From: a virus
Taxonomy: Duplodnaviria; Caudoviricetes
Direction: 5' to 3' (one strand)
Virus record (IMG/VR): IMGVR_UViG_3300024331_000061
Span: 19,784 to 83,783 of that record
DNA length: 64,000 nt
Shown here: positions 26,301 through 33,708 of the stretch, piece by piece
Layout of the letters: every line of letters begins with the position of its first letter
Numbering within the stretch: position 1 is the first letter of the stretch
Made by a program: the position numbers and the translations under genes
Notes under the pieces: model-generated
What the model was told of the DNA's origin: nothing
The model's input: the letters and a program-made list of their open reading frames with translations, nothing else
Databases searched by the model: none

Positions 26301-28819
26301 CAGCTAGCCAGCAGGATGCCATCTGGCTCATTGGCCAGGGCGATCTGCTTCAGGTCGGCCGCGATCTGCACGTTGAGCTGGTGGATCTGCGCCCGGAGCG
26401 ACGTGATCAGCTGCCCCCTGGTCGGGGCCTTCTTGCCCGCCGGTCCCTTCCTGGCCGGTGCGCCCTTCTTGGCTGGCGTGGCCGCCGCCGTCTTGCCGGT
26501 GGCCCCGGCCTTCTGGGCAGCCTTCGTGGTCTTCTGCTTGACCACCGTCAGCTTGGCCAGCTGCGCGGTGAGCAGCTTCAGCTTGGCCCGGTCAGCCTTG
26601 ACCCGCGCCCGGAGCTGCTGCTTGCTCAGGCCCGCAGATGCCGTCGTGCCGCCGCCTCCCCAGGTGCCGACCGGCGTCCGGGCCTGCGCCGGGTTGAACC
26701 CGGCCAGCTCGATCGCATCGAGCACGTCGCCCCAGCTGTGCGCGTGGGCTCGGGCCTGCTTGGCGCTCCAGTCCGCGCTGGTGGCCGCCGAGGCGGCCCG
26801 CACCTCGGGCCTGACGTTGCCGCCGCCAGCCGCCCAGCGCTTGGATGCGCCCCGCGCGATGGCGATGGCCTGGCTGAGCGTCTTGGCCCGGCCGGTGCGC
26901 AGCAGAGCCCTGGCGATGTTCTGGATGTACGGCGGCAGCTCCATGCCCTTGACGCCCCAGAGCCCCGGCCCGCCCGGCTTGCCGAACGGGTGCGGCTCGG
27001 TCGCCAGCCTGCCGGTGTCGGCGCTCAGCAGGATCGCGGCGTCGATGTCTTCCCAGCTGGCCTGGATGGTGGCCATGATGCCTTGCTTGATCTTGGCGTA
27101 GTAGGCGGGGTCCGCGATGCCCAGCATCTTGGATTGCGCCGGGCTGAATGCGGGCATGGACGCCAGCGCCTCGAAGTCCTGGATCTTCTGCGCCGCTGAC
27201 GCATCCCGCCGGTAGGTCCTGGCGTCCGCCGTGACCGCAGGCCCGTGCGAGTGGAGCTGGCCGGGGTGGGCCGCGTGCAGGTCCTCGTGCACCTTCACGA
27301 AGTCCTCGTAGGTGCGGGTCTCGCGGTTGAACCCGGTGCGGCCGGTGGGCAGCCCGAGCTGGTGGCCCTCCGCGATGTGCTTGATCATCGCTGCCCTGGT
27401 CTTGGGGATGCCGTGGAAGACCCAGCCGTGGCTGTAGCCCTTCGGGCCGGTCAGCTCGATCGCGTCGAGCACGTCAGCCCAGCTGAACTGGATGGTGGGC
27501 GGGCCTGGCGGCATCTCCAGGCTGCCGCTGGCCGACCAGGCGGCCACGTCGTTGTTCCAGCCCGCGACCTTCTTGCCGAACGTGGTGCCTGGTGTCGCCG
27601 CCTCTGCCTTCTTCGCCTTCCGGGCAGCCAGCTCCTGCTGGTATTGCAGGTCCCTGGCCCGGTTCTCGTGGATGTGCGCCAGCACGCTGTCCCCGCCCTC
27701 GCGGGCCACCTGCGCACTGCGCAGCTCACCCGCGATCTGCTGGGAGAGCTTGTCCTTCTTGACCCCGGCGGCGCGGGCACCGCGCTGGAGCTGGATGTTG
27801 GCGAGGACCTCATCGCCGCCCTCGCGGGAGACCTGGGCGGACCTGAGCCAGCCGTGGCTCCAGCCACCCGGTCCTACCAGCTCTACCGCTGCACCCGTTG
27901 AACTCGCCTGGATCATGGCCCGGCGGGCTCGTTCCTCGGCCACCAGCCTGTGCAGCTTGTGCTTGTGCCCCTCGGAGCTGAACATGTTGGCGAAGCCCCT
28001 GGCCTCGCGCTTGGACAGGTGCCTGCCGAACGGCTGGTTGAGCCGTCCTGCCGTCGCCTCCAGGGACGCCCCGGCCTCTACCTGCCGCAGCCAGCCGTGG
28101 CTCCAGCCGCCGGGTCCGGTCAGCTCGACGCCGCCAGCCGGGTTGGCGTGCTTCTGCCCGAGCTTGGCGAAGCCCTTGCGCCCGTACTTCTTCCGCCCGA
28201 TGTACGCGGCCAGCGCACCTGGGTTCCTCGCGCCCCTCTTGGCCAGCGCGCCCTTCAGCGCGCTGAAGTTCTTGCCGCTGCCCGGCTTGGCCCCGGCGAA
28301 CGTAGCCAGCCCGATCACGCCGTCGAGGTCCTCCCAGGACAGCGCCTTGAGATGCTGAGCCTGCGGGGAGACCGCAGGCGCGGCGGCGACGGGTCCTGGT
28401 GCACCATTCGGTGCACCGACGGGGACGGGCTGGCTGGACGGCAGGAACGTCTTACCGCTGGCCGCCGCCATCGCCCGCTTCTGCTCCATGAACCCCTCGT
28501 TGCGGGCTCGCACGTCATCGATGTCCTTGACGTTGAGCAGGTGCCGGTACGCCTGCTGCATGTAGAGCTTGGCTGCCATGTGGCCCTGGTCGTCGTGCAC
28601 GCCGTGGCGGGTGATCTGGAGCGGGGCGAAGCCCTCGATAGCGGCGTTCAGGTGCCGCCTGGCTCCCTCTGTGCGCCCGCTGTCCAGCTCGCGGGCAGCG
28701 TCGGCCAGGTGGTCGTGCACGCTCATGTCGGGGAAGGTCTGGGCCACCTGAGCTGCGAGCTTGCGGATGCCCGCGCTGGTGCGCTGCTTCATGGGGGTGG
28801 TTGGGGTGATCCTAGTCAT
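26300..28819 (-). CDS. Large basic putative capsid-internal polyprotein with repeated ELTGPGGWSHGW modules
   Basis: Start reassigned to ATG 28819 (ATGA overlap with the MuF stop); 839 aa; repeated SW-x-D-x-x-x-A-I-E-L-A linkers. Confidence 0.7.
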   Translation of the reverse strand: MTRITPTTPMKQRTSAGIRKLAAQVAQTFPDMSVHDHLADAARELDSGRTEGARRHLNAAIEGFAPLQITRHGVHDDQGHMAAKLYMQQAYRHLLNVKDIDDVRARNEGFMEQKRAMAAASGKTFLPSSQPVPVGAPNGAPGPVAAAPAVSPQAQHLKALSWEDLDGVIGLATFAGAKPGSGKNFSALKGALAKRGARNPGALAAYIGRKKYGRKGFAKLGQKHANPAGGVELTGPGGWSHGWLRQVEAGASLEATAGRLNQPFGRHLSKREARGFANMFSSEGHKHKLHRLVAEERARRAMIQASSTGAAVELVGPGGWSHGWLRSAQVSREGGDEVLANIQLQRGARAAGVKKDKLSQQIAGELRSAQVAREGGDSVLAHIHENRARDLQYQQELAARKAKKAEAATPGTTFGKKVAGWNNDVAAWSASGSLEMPPGPPTIQFSWADVLDAIELTGPKGYSHGWVFHGIPKTRAAMIKHIAEGHQLGLPTGRTGFNRETRTYEDFVKVHEDLHAAHPGQLHSHGPAVTADARTYRRDASAAQKIQDFEALASMPAFSPAQSKMLGIADPAYYAKIKQGIMATIQASWEDIDAAILLSADTGRLATEPHPFGKPGGPGLWGVKGMELPPYIQNIARALLRTGRAKTLSQAIAIARGASKRWAAGGGNVRPEVRAASAATSADWSAKQARAHAHSWGDVLDAIELAGFNPAQARTPVGTWGGGGTTASAGLSKQQLRARVKADRAKLKLLTAQLAKLTVVKQKTTKAAQKAGATGKTAAATPAKKGAPARKGPAGKKAPTRGQLITSLRAQIHQLNVQIAADLKQIALANEPDGILLAS

Positions 28820-29502
28820 GCCACTCGTACCAGCCTCCTGAACGACGCGCCGTGGGCGCTTGGCAGCATTCTCGCACCGATGTGCGCCGGACCTGGGTAA
28901 CAGCGGCAGTGCGGATGCACCGCGCCGGGCCAGCCGATCAGCGGGATGGCCGTGGCCTCGAAGTTCTTCCCGTTGGCCGCCTTGCACTCGGTGCTCGTGC
29001 GTGCGTCGAGCACCGTGTTCCAGCCGAGCAGGTTGCCGTAGGTCATGGCCGCCGAATCCACCTGGGCAGCTGCCTTCGCCCGGTTCCACATCGCGTCGAG
29101 ATGCTGGCCGAAGTACCGTCGCTCGCGCGCAATTGCATCTGCAAGCGCCTTCTGCAACGGCTGACCGTGGCTGCGGGCCTCGGTCAGGTCGCTAGTAACG
29201 CGGCGGCCAGCTGCGAGGGCGAACTGAGCCCGCCGCAGGTAGTTCTGCCGTGCGGTCGTCAGGGACGCGGAACCAGCGACCCCCGTCCTCTCCGGTGGAA
29301 AGCTCATCACCATATCCAGGACGGCCAGCATCGAGGCGGGTTGCACCTGGGACGTACGGAAGGACGGAAGTAGGCTCGTCAGGACCGCCATGGGTGTCAC
29401 CGCCGAGGCCAGCGCCGTGGCCAGGGCCGCGATAATGGCCGTATCTGTCGCCGTAACCGGCGAGGATGGCGGGGGCGGCGGCTGCTGAGCGGGCGTAGTC
29501 AT
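28816..29502 (-). CDS. Head morphogenesis protein (MuF / SPP1 gp7-like)
   Basis: W-x-T-V-L-D-A-R-T-x-x-x-C...G...P-x-x-x-HP-x-CRC motif; follows the portal gene. Confidence 0.85.
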   Translation of the reverse strand: MTTPAQQPPPPPSSPVTATDTAIIAALATALASAVTPMAVLTSLLPSFRTSQVQPASMLAVLDMVMSFPPERTGVAGSASLTTARQNYLRRAQFALAAGRRVTSDLTEARSHGQPLQKALADAIARERRYFGQHLDAMWNRAKAAAQVDSAAMTYGNLLGWNTVLDARTSTECKAANGKNFEATAIPLIGWPGAVHPHCRCYPGPAHIGARMLPSAHGASFRRLVRVA

Positions 29503-29695
29503 CTGGATCGACTCCCATCGCTACCAGCATGCGCCTGTGCAGGTGCCAGGCCAAGCGCACCCGCTCCGTGTGCTGCCTGTCCGCGTAGACCCGCAGCCGG
29601 TGCACCCGGTACATCAGGATCACCGTCATGACCAGGCTGGCTGCGATGCCCGCCGTGACGAGCTGCTGGAAGTGCTGGTGCCAGTAAACACTCAT
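29192..29695 (-). CDS. Small membrane protein (C-terminal extension overlaps MuF in another frame)
   Basis: ATG overlaps the portal stop; N-terminal TM helix. Only the first ~64 aa lie outside the MuF gene. Confidence 0.45.
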   Translation of the reverse strand: MSVYWHQHFQQLVTAGIAASLVMTVILMYRVHRLRVYADRQHTERVRLAWHLHRRMLVAMGVDPDDYARSAAAAPAILAGYGDRYGHYRGPGHGAGLGGDTHGGPDEPTSVLPYVPGATRLDAGRPGYGDELSTGEDGGRWFRVPDDRTAELPAAGSVRPRSWPPRY

Positions 29696-31287
29696 CAGCC
29701 AGGTTTACCAGCTCGGGCGGCTGGTGTCGGCCCGGCCATCAAAGATCCCGCCCTGGGCGGCCTCGGCGGCCCGCTGACTGGCTGCGCGCCCGGAGGCGGC
29801 GGCGGGCGCAGCCCTGGTGCGCCACCCGGCCGCGCCCCCGCCTGCTGCACGATACCGTGAGCGGCCCCAGCCAGCCCCTGGAGCTGTCCTATGGACCCGG
29901 CGGTCTCCGGGGGCAGGCCCGGCGGCGGGTTCTGCGTCATGGCTTCCTGGCGCTGCGTGGCGGTGGCGATCAGCGCCGCGTGCACCTGGTCCACGTCGAG
30001 CTGGAGGATGCTGGCCATGCGCTCGGTGATCAGGTCGAACACCTGGAGCGGAACGTGCAGGACGGGGGCGGCTGCCATGGTCTGGAACATGGTGAGCAGC
30101 GCGGCCTGCTGCTCGTCCTGGAGCGGGCCGAACTTGGCGCTGGGGAACGCGGCCTCGGGGCCGAAGTTGAGTAGCACCAGCGGCCGGATGATGCCGTGGG
30201 AGTAGGCTTCCGCCTGCTCTTTCGCCACGCCCTGCCTGCTCTTGAGGTAGAACGATGACTGGTCCTGGCTCAGCGAAAAGCTGCCCTTGCCGCCCATTGC
30301 GGAGCCGGTCAGGCCCATGAACCCAGCCAGGACAGAGTGGGTCTGCCAGCCCTCCAGGAACGCCATGGCCTCAGCGAAGAACTTGCCGCCGTCCCCGCTG
30401 GACTCCAGCACGTCGAACAGCTTCTTGTCCTCGGACGGGTGCACCATGCCGACCACGCCGCTGGACTTCAGCGAGGCGATCGAGTCGGCCTTGTCGTTGG
30501 CCTCGGCCTGGTCGTTGCCGTAGACCACGGTCCTGGGCAGCGCCTGGACCTCCAGGAAGTGATACCAGAGGTAGAGCAGCTTCATCTTGGTCTGGTAGCA
30601 CCAGTAGGCCACCTCCATCTCGGACGCGCCGATCAGGGGCTCGCGGTGCTTGCCGTGGGTGTAGATGAAGCTCCGCACGTGCGGGATGTCCACGTAGCCG
30701 GGCGTCTTGGACTTGCTGCTCAGGGCCATCTGGCCGCCGAACAGCCAGACCTGCTGGCGGAACCCGTGCTCGGCCGCCGTGCGCGAGTTATACCGGGCCT
30801 GGCAGGTGGACACCGGCCGGAACGCGATCTTGTCGTAGATGATCTTGCCGTCGTCCGGGCGGACCTTCCAGACCTTCTCGAAGAAGGCCCGGCGGTAGAT
30901 CTGGCCGCTGGTGATCTGGCCGATCAGGTCCACGTTCTGCGTCTGCATGCCGCCGTTGTGGTCCGGGGTGAGCAGCACGCTGTTGACGAAATCGGCCTCG
31001 CCCTTGTCACCCTTGGCTGGGTTGATGCTGAAGTCGGCTTCGCGGATCGGCAGGGTAAGCACGCTCTCGACGGACTGGCAGATGCCGTCCCGCTGGAACA
31101 TCACCTTCATGTCCCGGCTGGTCCACTCGCCGTAATCGAACACGTCGCCGCCGCCGTAGTAGGCGAACAGCCGCTGCCCGATGTCGAACTGGGTGCCGAT
31201 CTCCTTGCCCAGCAGCTGGCTCTTGGTCGTCTTGATGTCAGGCAGCTTCAGGACCTGCGCCAGCTGACCATCCTGCTTCTGGGCCAT
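29695..31287 (-). CDS. Portal protein (Mu gp29 / DUF935-like)
   Basis: 530 aa between terminase and MuF; F-x-F-F-E-K-V-W, G-x-S...AYW and LV-x-LNFG motifs. Confidence 0.85.
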   Translation of the reverse strand: MAQKQDGQLAQVLKLPDIKTTKSQLLGKEIGTQFDIGQRLFAYYGGGDVFDYGEWTSRDMKVMFQRDGICQSVESVLTLPIREADFSINPAKGDKGEADFVNSVLLTPDHNGGMQTQNVDLIGQITSGQIYRRAFFEKVWKVRPDDGKIIYDKIAFRPVSTCQARYNSRTAAEHGFRQQVWLFGGQMALSSKSKTPGYVDIPHVRSFIYTHGKHREPLIGASEMEVAYWCYQTKMKLLYLWYHFLEVQALPRTVVYGNDQAEANDKADSIASLKSSGVVGMVHPSEDKKLFDVLESSGDGGKFFAEAMAFLEGWQTHSVLAGFMGLTGSAMGGKGSFSLSQDQSSFYLKSRQGVAKEQAEAYSHGIIRPLVLLNFGPEAAFPSAKFGPLQDEQQAALLTMFQTMAAAPVLHVPLQVFDLITERMASILQLDVDQVHAALIATATQRQEAMTQNPPPGLPPETAGSIGQLQGLAGAAHGIVQQAGARPGGAPGLRPPPPPGAQPVSGPPRPPRAGSLMAGPTPAARAGKPG

Positions 31288-31318
31288 GGCCCCAGGGTAG
31301 ACCGTGCAGGCTTACCCG

Positions 31319-31531
31319 TTACCGCCCGCCGCGCTGGCGGATGATATAAGCGATCAGCTGGTGAGCGCAGCCGATATCGCTGGCGAGCTTGCGCATGGTC
31401 CACTTCCGCCGGTCCTCGTTGCGCAGCTCCATGATGAGCCGGTCCCGCGAATCACGACGGCGGCCCGCCTCCTGTTCGAGACGAGCCGCCGCCTGATGGT
31501 GCTCACGGGCCTGCTGAGCCCGTATGTCCAC
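31319..31531 (-). CDS. Small HTH DNA-binding protein
   Basis: 70 aa; WTMRKLASDIGCAHQLIAYI helix-turn-helix pattern; directly downstream of Ro60. Confidence 0.55.
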   Translation of the reverse strand: MDIRAQQAREHHQAAARLEQEAGRRRDSRDRLIMELRNEDRRKWTMRKLASDIGCAHQLIAYIIRQRGGR

Positions 31532-31546
31532 TGCTATCCGGCCTCC

Positions 31547-33223
31547 TTACAATGCGCCGCTGGCGAAGTCCGCCAGCAGCCTCGGCACGGCCTGGTCGAA
31601 CCCGGATACGTCCAGCGTGCGCCAGTCGGCCGGGTCCGCGATGGTGAAGTTGGTGGGCGTGTAGGCCACGACAGCCAGCCGGGCGTCGATGCCCATCTTC
31701 TGCCGGTAGTCCTCCAGGGCCTGGTGCGGGTGGATGTCCCCGTACCAGGTCTCGTTGTCGGTGTGGATCTCGAACACGTCCACCGGGATGCGGTGCTTGG
31801 CCGCCTCCAGCATCGGGACGGCGCAGTTCGTGCCGCCCATCTGCATCCCGAGCGCGACCTGCATCACGTCATCCAGGCGCATGCGCGGGCTGATGGGGTA
31901 CTCGCTGATGCCCGAGTTCATCCCGTTGATCCGGGTCCACCGGCTCGGGTAGCTGCCGTGGGTGAACGCGGTGATCATGTGCTGCGGCTCGGTGGCCGCC
32001 GTCACCAGCGCGGCTGCACTGGCCAGCTCGCGGCAGCTGATGGGCAGGCCGCCAGCCGGGTGGCCCATCGAGCCGCTGATGTCCACGGCCACGTTGCGCC
32101 GCTTCCCGGTCACCGGCACCGCGCCGTAGCTCAGGTAGAACGACTCGTCCAGCGCATCGCAGACCTGCTGGCTGACCGGCCAGTGATCCGTGCTGCGGGC
32201 ACCGTGCCCGCTGGCGTAGGTGCGCAGCGCGACCAGCTGGTTGACCGGGTGGATGCGGGCCTTCGCCAGCCCCTCGGCGTCGGTCAGCCGGGCGGTCACC
32301 AGGCGCGTGGTCTCGCTCATGGGGGTGAGCAGGCCGAGGCGGCTGATCTGGCCCAGGCGCTTGACCAGCGTGCCCAGCGGGATGCCGGTGTGGATCAGCG
32401 CGTCCCAGACCTCGGGGCTGGCCAGGGCCTCGGACGGCAGCATCTCGTGCGTCAGCTTGGACGTGCCGGGCGTGCCGTTGTAGTCCCCGATCAGCCGGGC
32501 GATCTGGTGGTTCGTGGTGCCGGGGTGCCAGACCTGCTGGTAGGCGTGCAGCAGCTGGGGCATGTCGCCCTTCAGCCACATCGACTCGCGGCGGCCCTTC
32601 AGGATGTAGTTGAACAGCATCACGTGGCTGCGCGGGATGGGCTGGCGGCCGAAGTGGCTCAGCCGCAGCAGGTCGCGCTGGCTCCAGTCATCGCGGCTCT
32701 TGTACTTCATGACCTGGTAGGCGACCTCATCGGCGTCCTTGTCGGTGTACCACTTGCCGACCGCCTTGGTCAGCGCGCGGCCCCAGCCACGGAACTGCTC
32801 GATGTAGCCCGCGAACGTGAGCAGGTGCGAGCCGGTGCGGCAGACCAGCGGCAGCCGGTCGAGCGCGGCCTGGCGGTAGTGCGTGTCGCCCAGGCTGGCT
32901 GCGGCGGCGAGGGAGAAGATCGCCGGGTTGACGCGCGGTGCGCGCCCGCCGATGCTGATGTCCTCGATTTCCTCGATCAGCCGGTAGTCGTTCGCCTTGG
33001 CCATGCGGATCACCCGCGCAGCTGCGGCCTTGGTCATCTTGGGCTCGGTCGCGTTGAACGTGCCGCCCTCGGTGCCCATGGTCAGGAAGCGCCGCAGCGC
33101 GGTGACCTCGGAAGTCTGGAAGGTGTAGCCCCCGGCGCTGTTGGGCACCTGGCGCGGGTCAGCGCGCCGGGACTGCGGAGTAGGGGACCTGCGGGTGTAT
33201 ATGTCGGAAAGGGAGTCAGGCAT
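31547..33223 (-). CDS. rsr: Ro60 / TROVE-domain RNA-binding protein (Rsr-like)
   Basis: QVPNSAGG...LRRFLTMGTEGGT TROVE N-terminus; vWA MIDAS DISGSM, GGTNC and TDNETW motifs; 558 aa. Confidence 0.95.
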   Translation of the reverse strand: MPDSLSDIYTRRSPTPQSRRADPRQVPNSAGGYTFQTSEVTALRRFLTMGTEGGTFNATEPKMTKAAAARVIRMAKANDYRLIEEIEDISIGGRAPRVNPAIFSLAAAASLGDTHYRQAALDRLPLVCRTGSHLLTFAGYIEQFRGWGRALTKAVGKWYTDKDADEVAYQVMKYKSRDDWSQRDLLRLSHFGRQPIPRSHVMLFNYILKGRRESMWLKGDMPQLLHAYQQVWHPGTTNHQIARLIGDYNGTPGTSKLTHEMLPSEALASPEVWDALIHTGIPLGTLVKRLGQISRLGLLTPMSETTRLVTARLTDAEGLAKARIHPVNQLVALRTYASGHGARSTDHWPVSQQVCDALDESFYLSYGAVPVTGKRRNVAVDISGSMGHPAGGLPISCRELASAAALVTAATEPQHMITAFTHGSYPSRWTRINGMNSGISEYPISPRMRLDDVMQVALGMQMGGTNCAVPMLEAAKHRIPVDVFEIHTDNETWYGDIHPHQALEDYRQKMGIDARLAVVAYTPTNFTIADPADWRTLDVSGFDQAVPRLLADFASGAL

Positions 33224-33249
33224 CGTGATCGTTTCCTTTCATGAAGAAA

Positions 33250-33322
33250 GCCCCGCGAGCATAAGCATTCCGGCCGGGGATACTGTCCGACACGGTAACC
33301 GGCCGAATCCGGCTCGCGGGGC
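33250..33322 (-). ncRNA. Short Y RNA (73 nt; Ro-binding module only)
   Basis: Terminal stem GCCCCGCGAGC/GCUCGCGGGGC with GAGCCGGAUU...UUAUGCUC internal motif and GGUUACCG, shared with the two upstream elements. Confidence 0.8.
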
Positions 33323-33345
33323 ATTCAGTTCTTCTGGGTTGAGCA

Positions 33346-33394
33346 GCTGCCGTGTCCCCCGGTTTGGGGGGGTGAACCAAGGGACACATGCAGC
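33346..33394 (-). other. Long hairpin with C7 loop between Y RNAs
   Basis: GCUGC-AUGUGUCCC-UUGGUU-CACCCCCCCA-AACCGG-GGGACAC-G-GCAGC folds into an extended stem. Confidence 0.6.
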
Positions 33395-33402
33395 CACAAA
33401 AA

Positions 33403-33498
33403 GCGCGGCGAGCATAAATGAAAGCCCGGTAAGAAGTGCCCTTGCGGACACCTTCCCGTTTGGAAGGCGGTAACCGGACCTAATCCGGCTCGCCACGC
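33403..33498 (-). ncRNA. Y RNA (96 nt) with two distal hairpins
   Basis: Same Ro-binding ends (GCGUGGCGAGCCGGAUUAGG...AUUUAUGCUCGCCGCGC); distal hairpins CCUUCC/GGAAGG and UGUCC-GCAA-GGGCA. Confidence 0.8.
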
Positions 33499-33516
33499 GG
33501 ATGATCTTGAGTTATG

Positions 33517-33666
33517 GGCGATGAGCATAAATCTCAGCCTGGGGTTTTAGCGCTCTAGCCCTGAGCTACCGTCCCTGGCCCTTTCGGGTTAGCGGGACGG
33601 GCGGGGACTCCAACCCCGCATCCTCTCCGTTAGCAGCGGTAACCAGACCAATTCCGGCTCATCACC
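33517..33666 (-). ncRNA. yrlA: YrlA-type tRNA-mimicking Y RNA (150 nt)
   Basis: Ro-binding terminal stem, a T-arm (GCGGGG-UUGGAGU-CCCCGC), a closed acceptor-like stem (CCGUCCC/GGGACGG) and a D-arm (GGUAGCUCAGGGCUAGAGC) in permuted order; adjacent to Ro60. Confidence 0.88.
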
Positions 33667-33674
33667 TTGTCCAT

Positions 33675-33703
33675 AAGCTAGACGACTTTCGCCGGTCTGT
33701 CAA
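33675..33703 (-). promoter_or_regulatory. Sigma70/HrdB-type promoter of the Y RNA-Ro60 cassette
   Basis: TTGACA (33703-33698), 17 nt, TAGCTT (33680-33675). The predicted start at ~33668-33666 coincides with the YrlA 5' end. Confidence 0.8.
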
Positions 33704-33708
33704 ATCCA

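Noticed and set aside
28820-29089. N-terminal 90 aa of the 929-aa ORF
   Set aside because: Overlaps MuF in another frame; the ATGA-coupled ATG at 28819 is the more plausible start.
33545-33625. A tRNA gene
   Set aside because: The T-arm precedes the D-arm, the acceptor stem is closed by a loop, and there is no anticodon arm or CCA end. It is a tRNA mimic inside a Y RNA.
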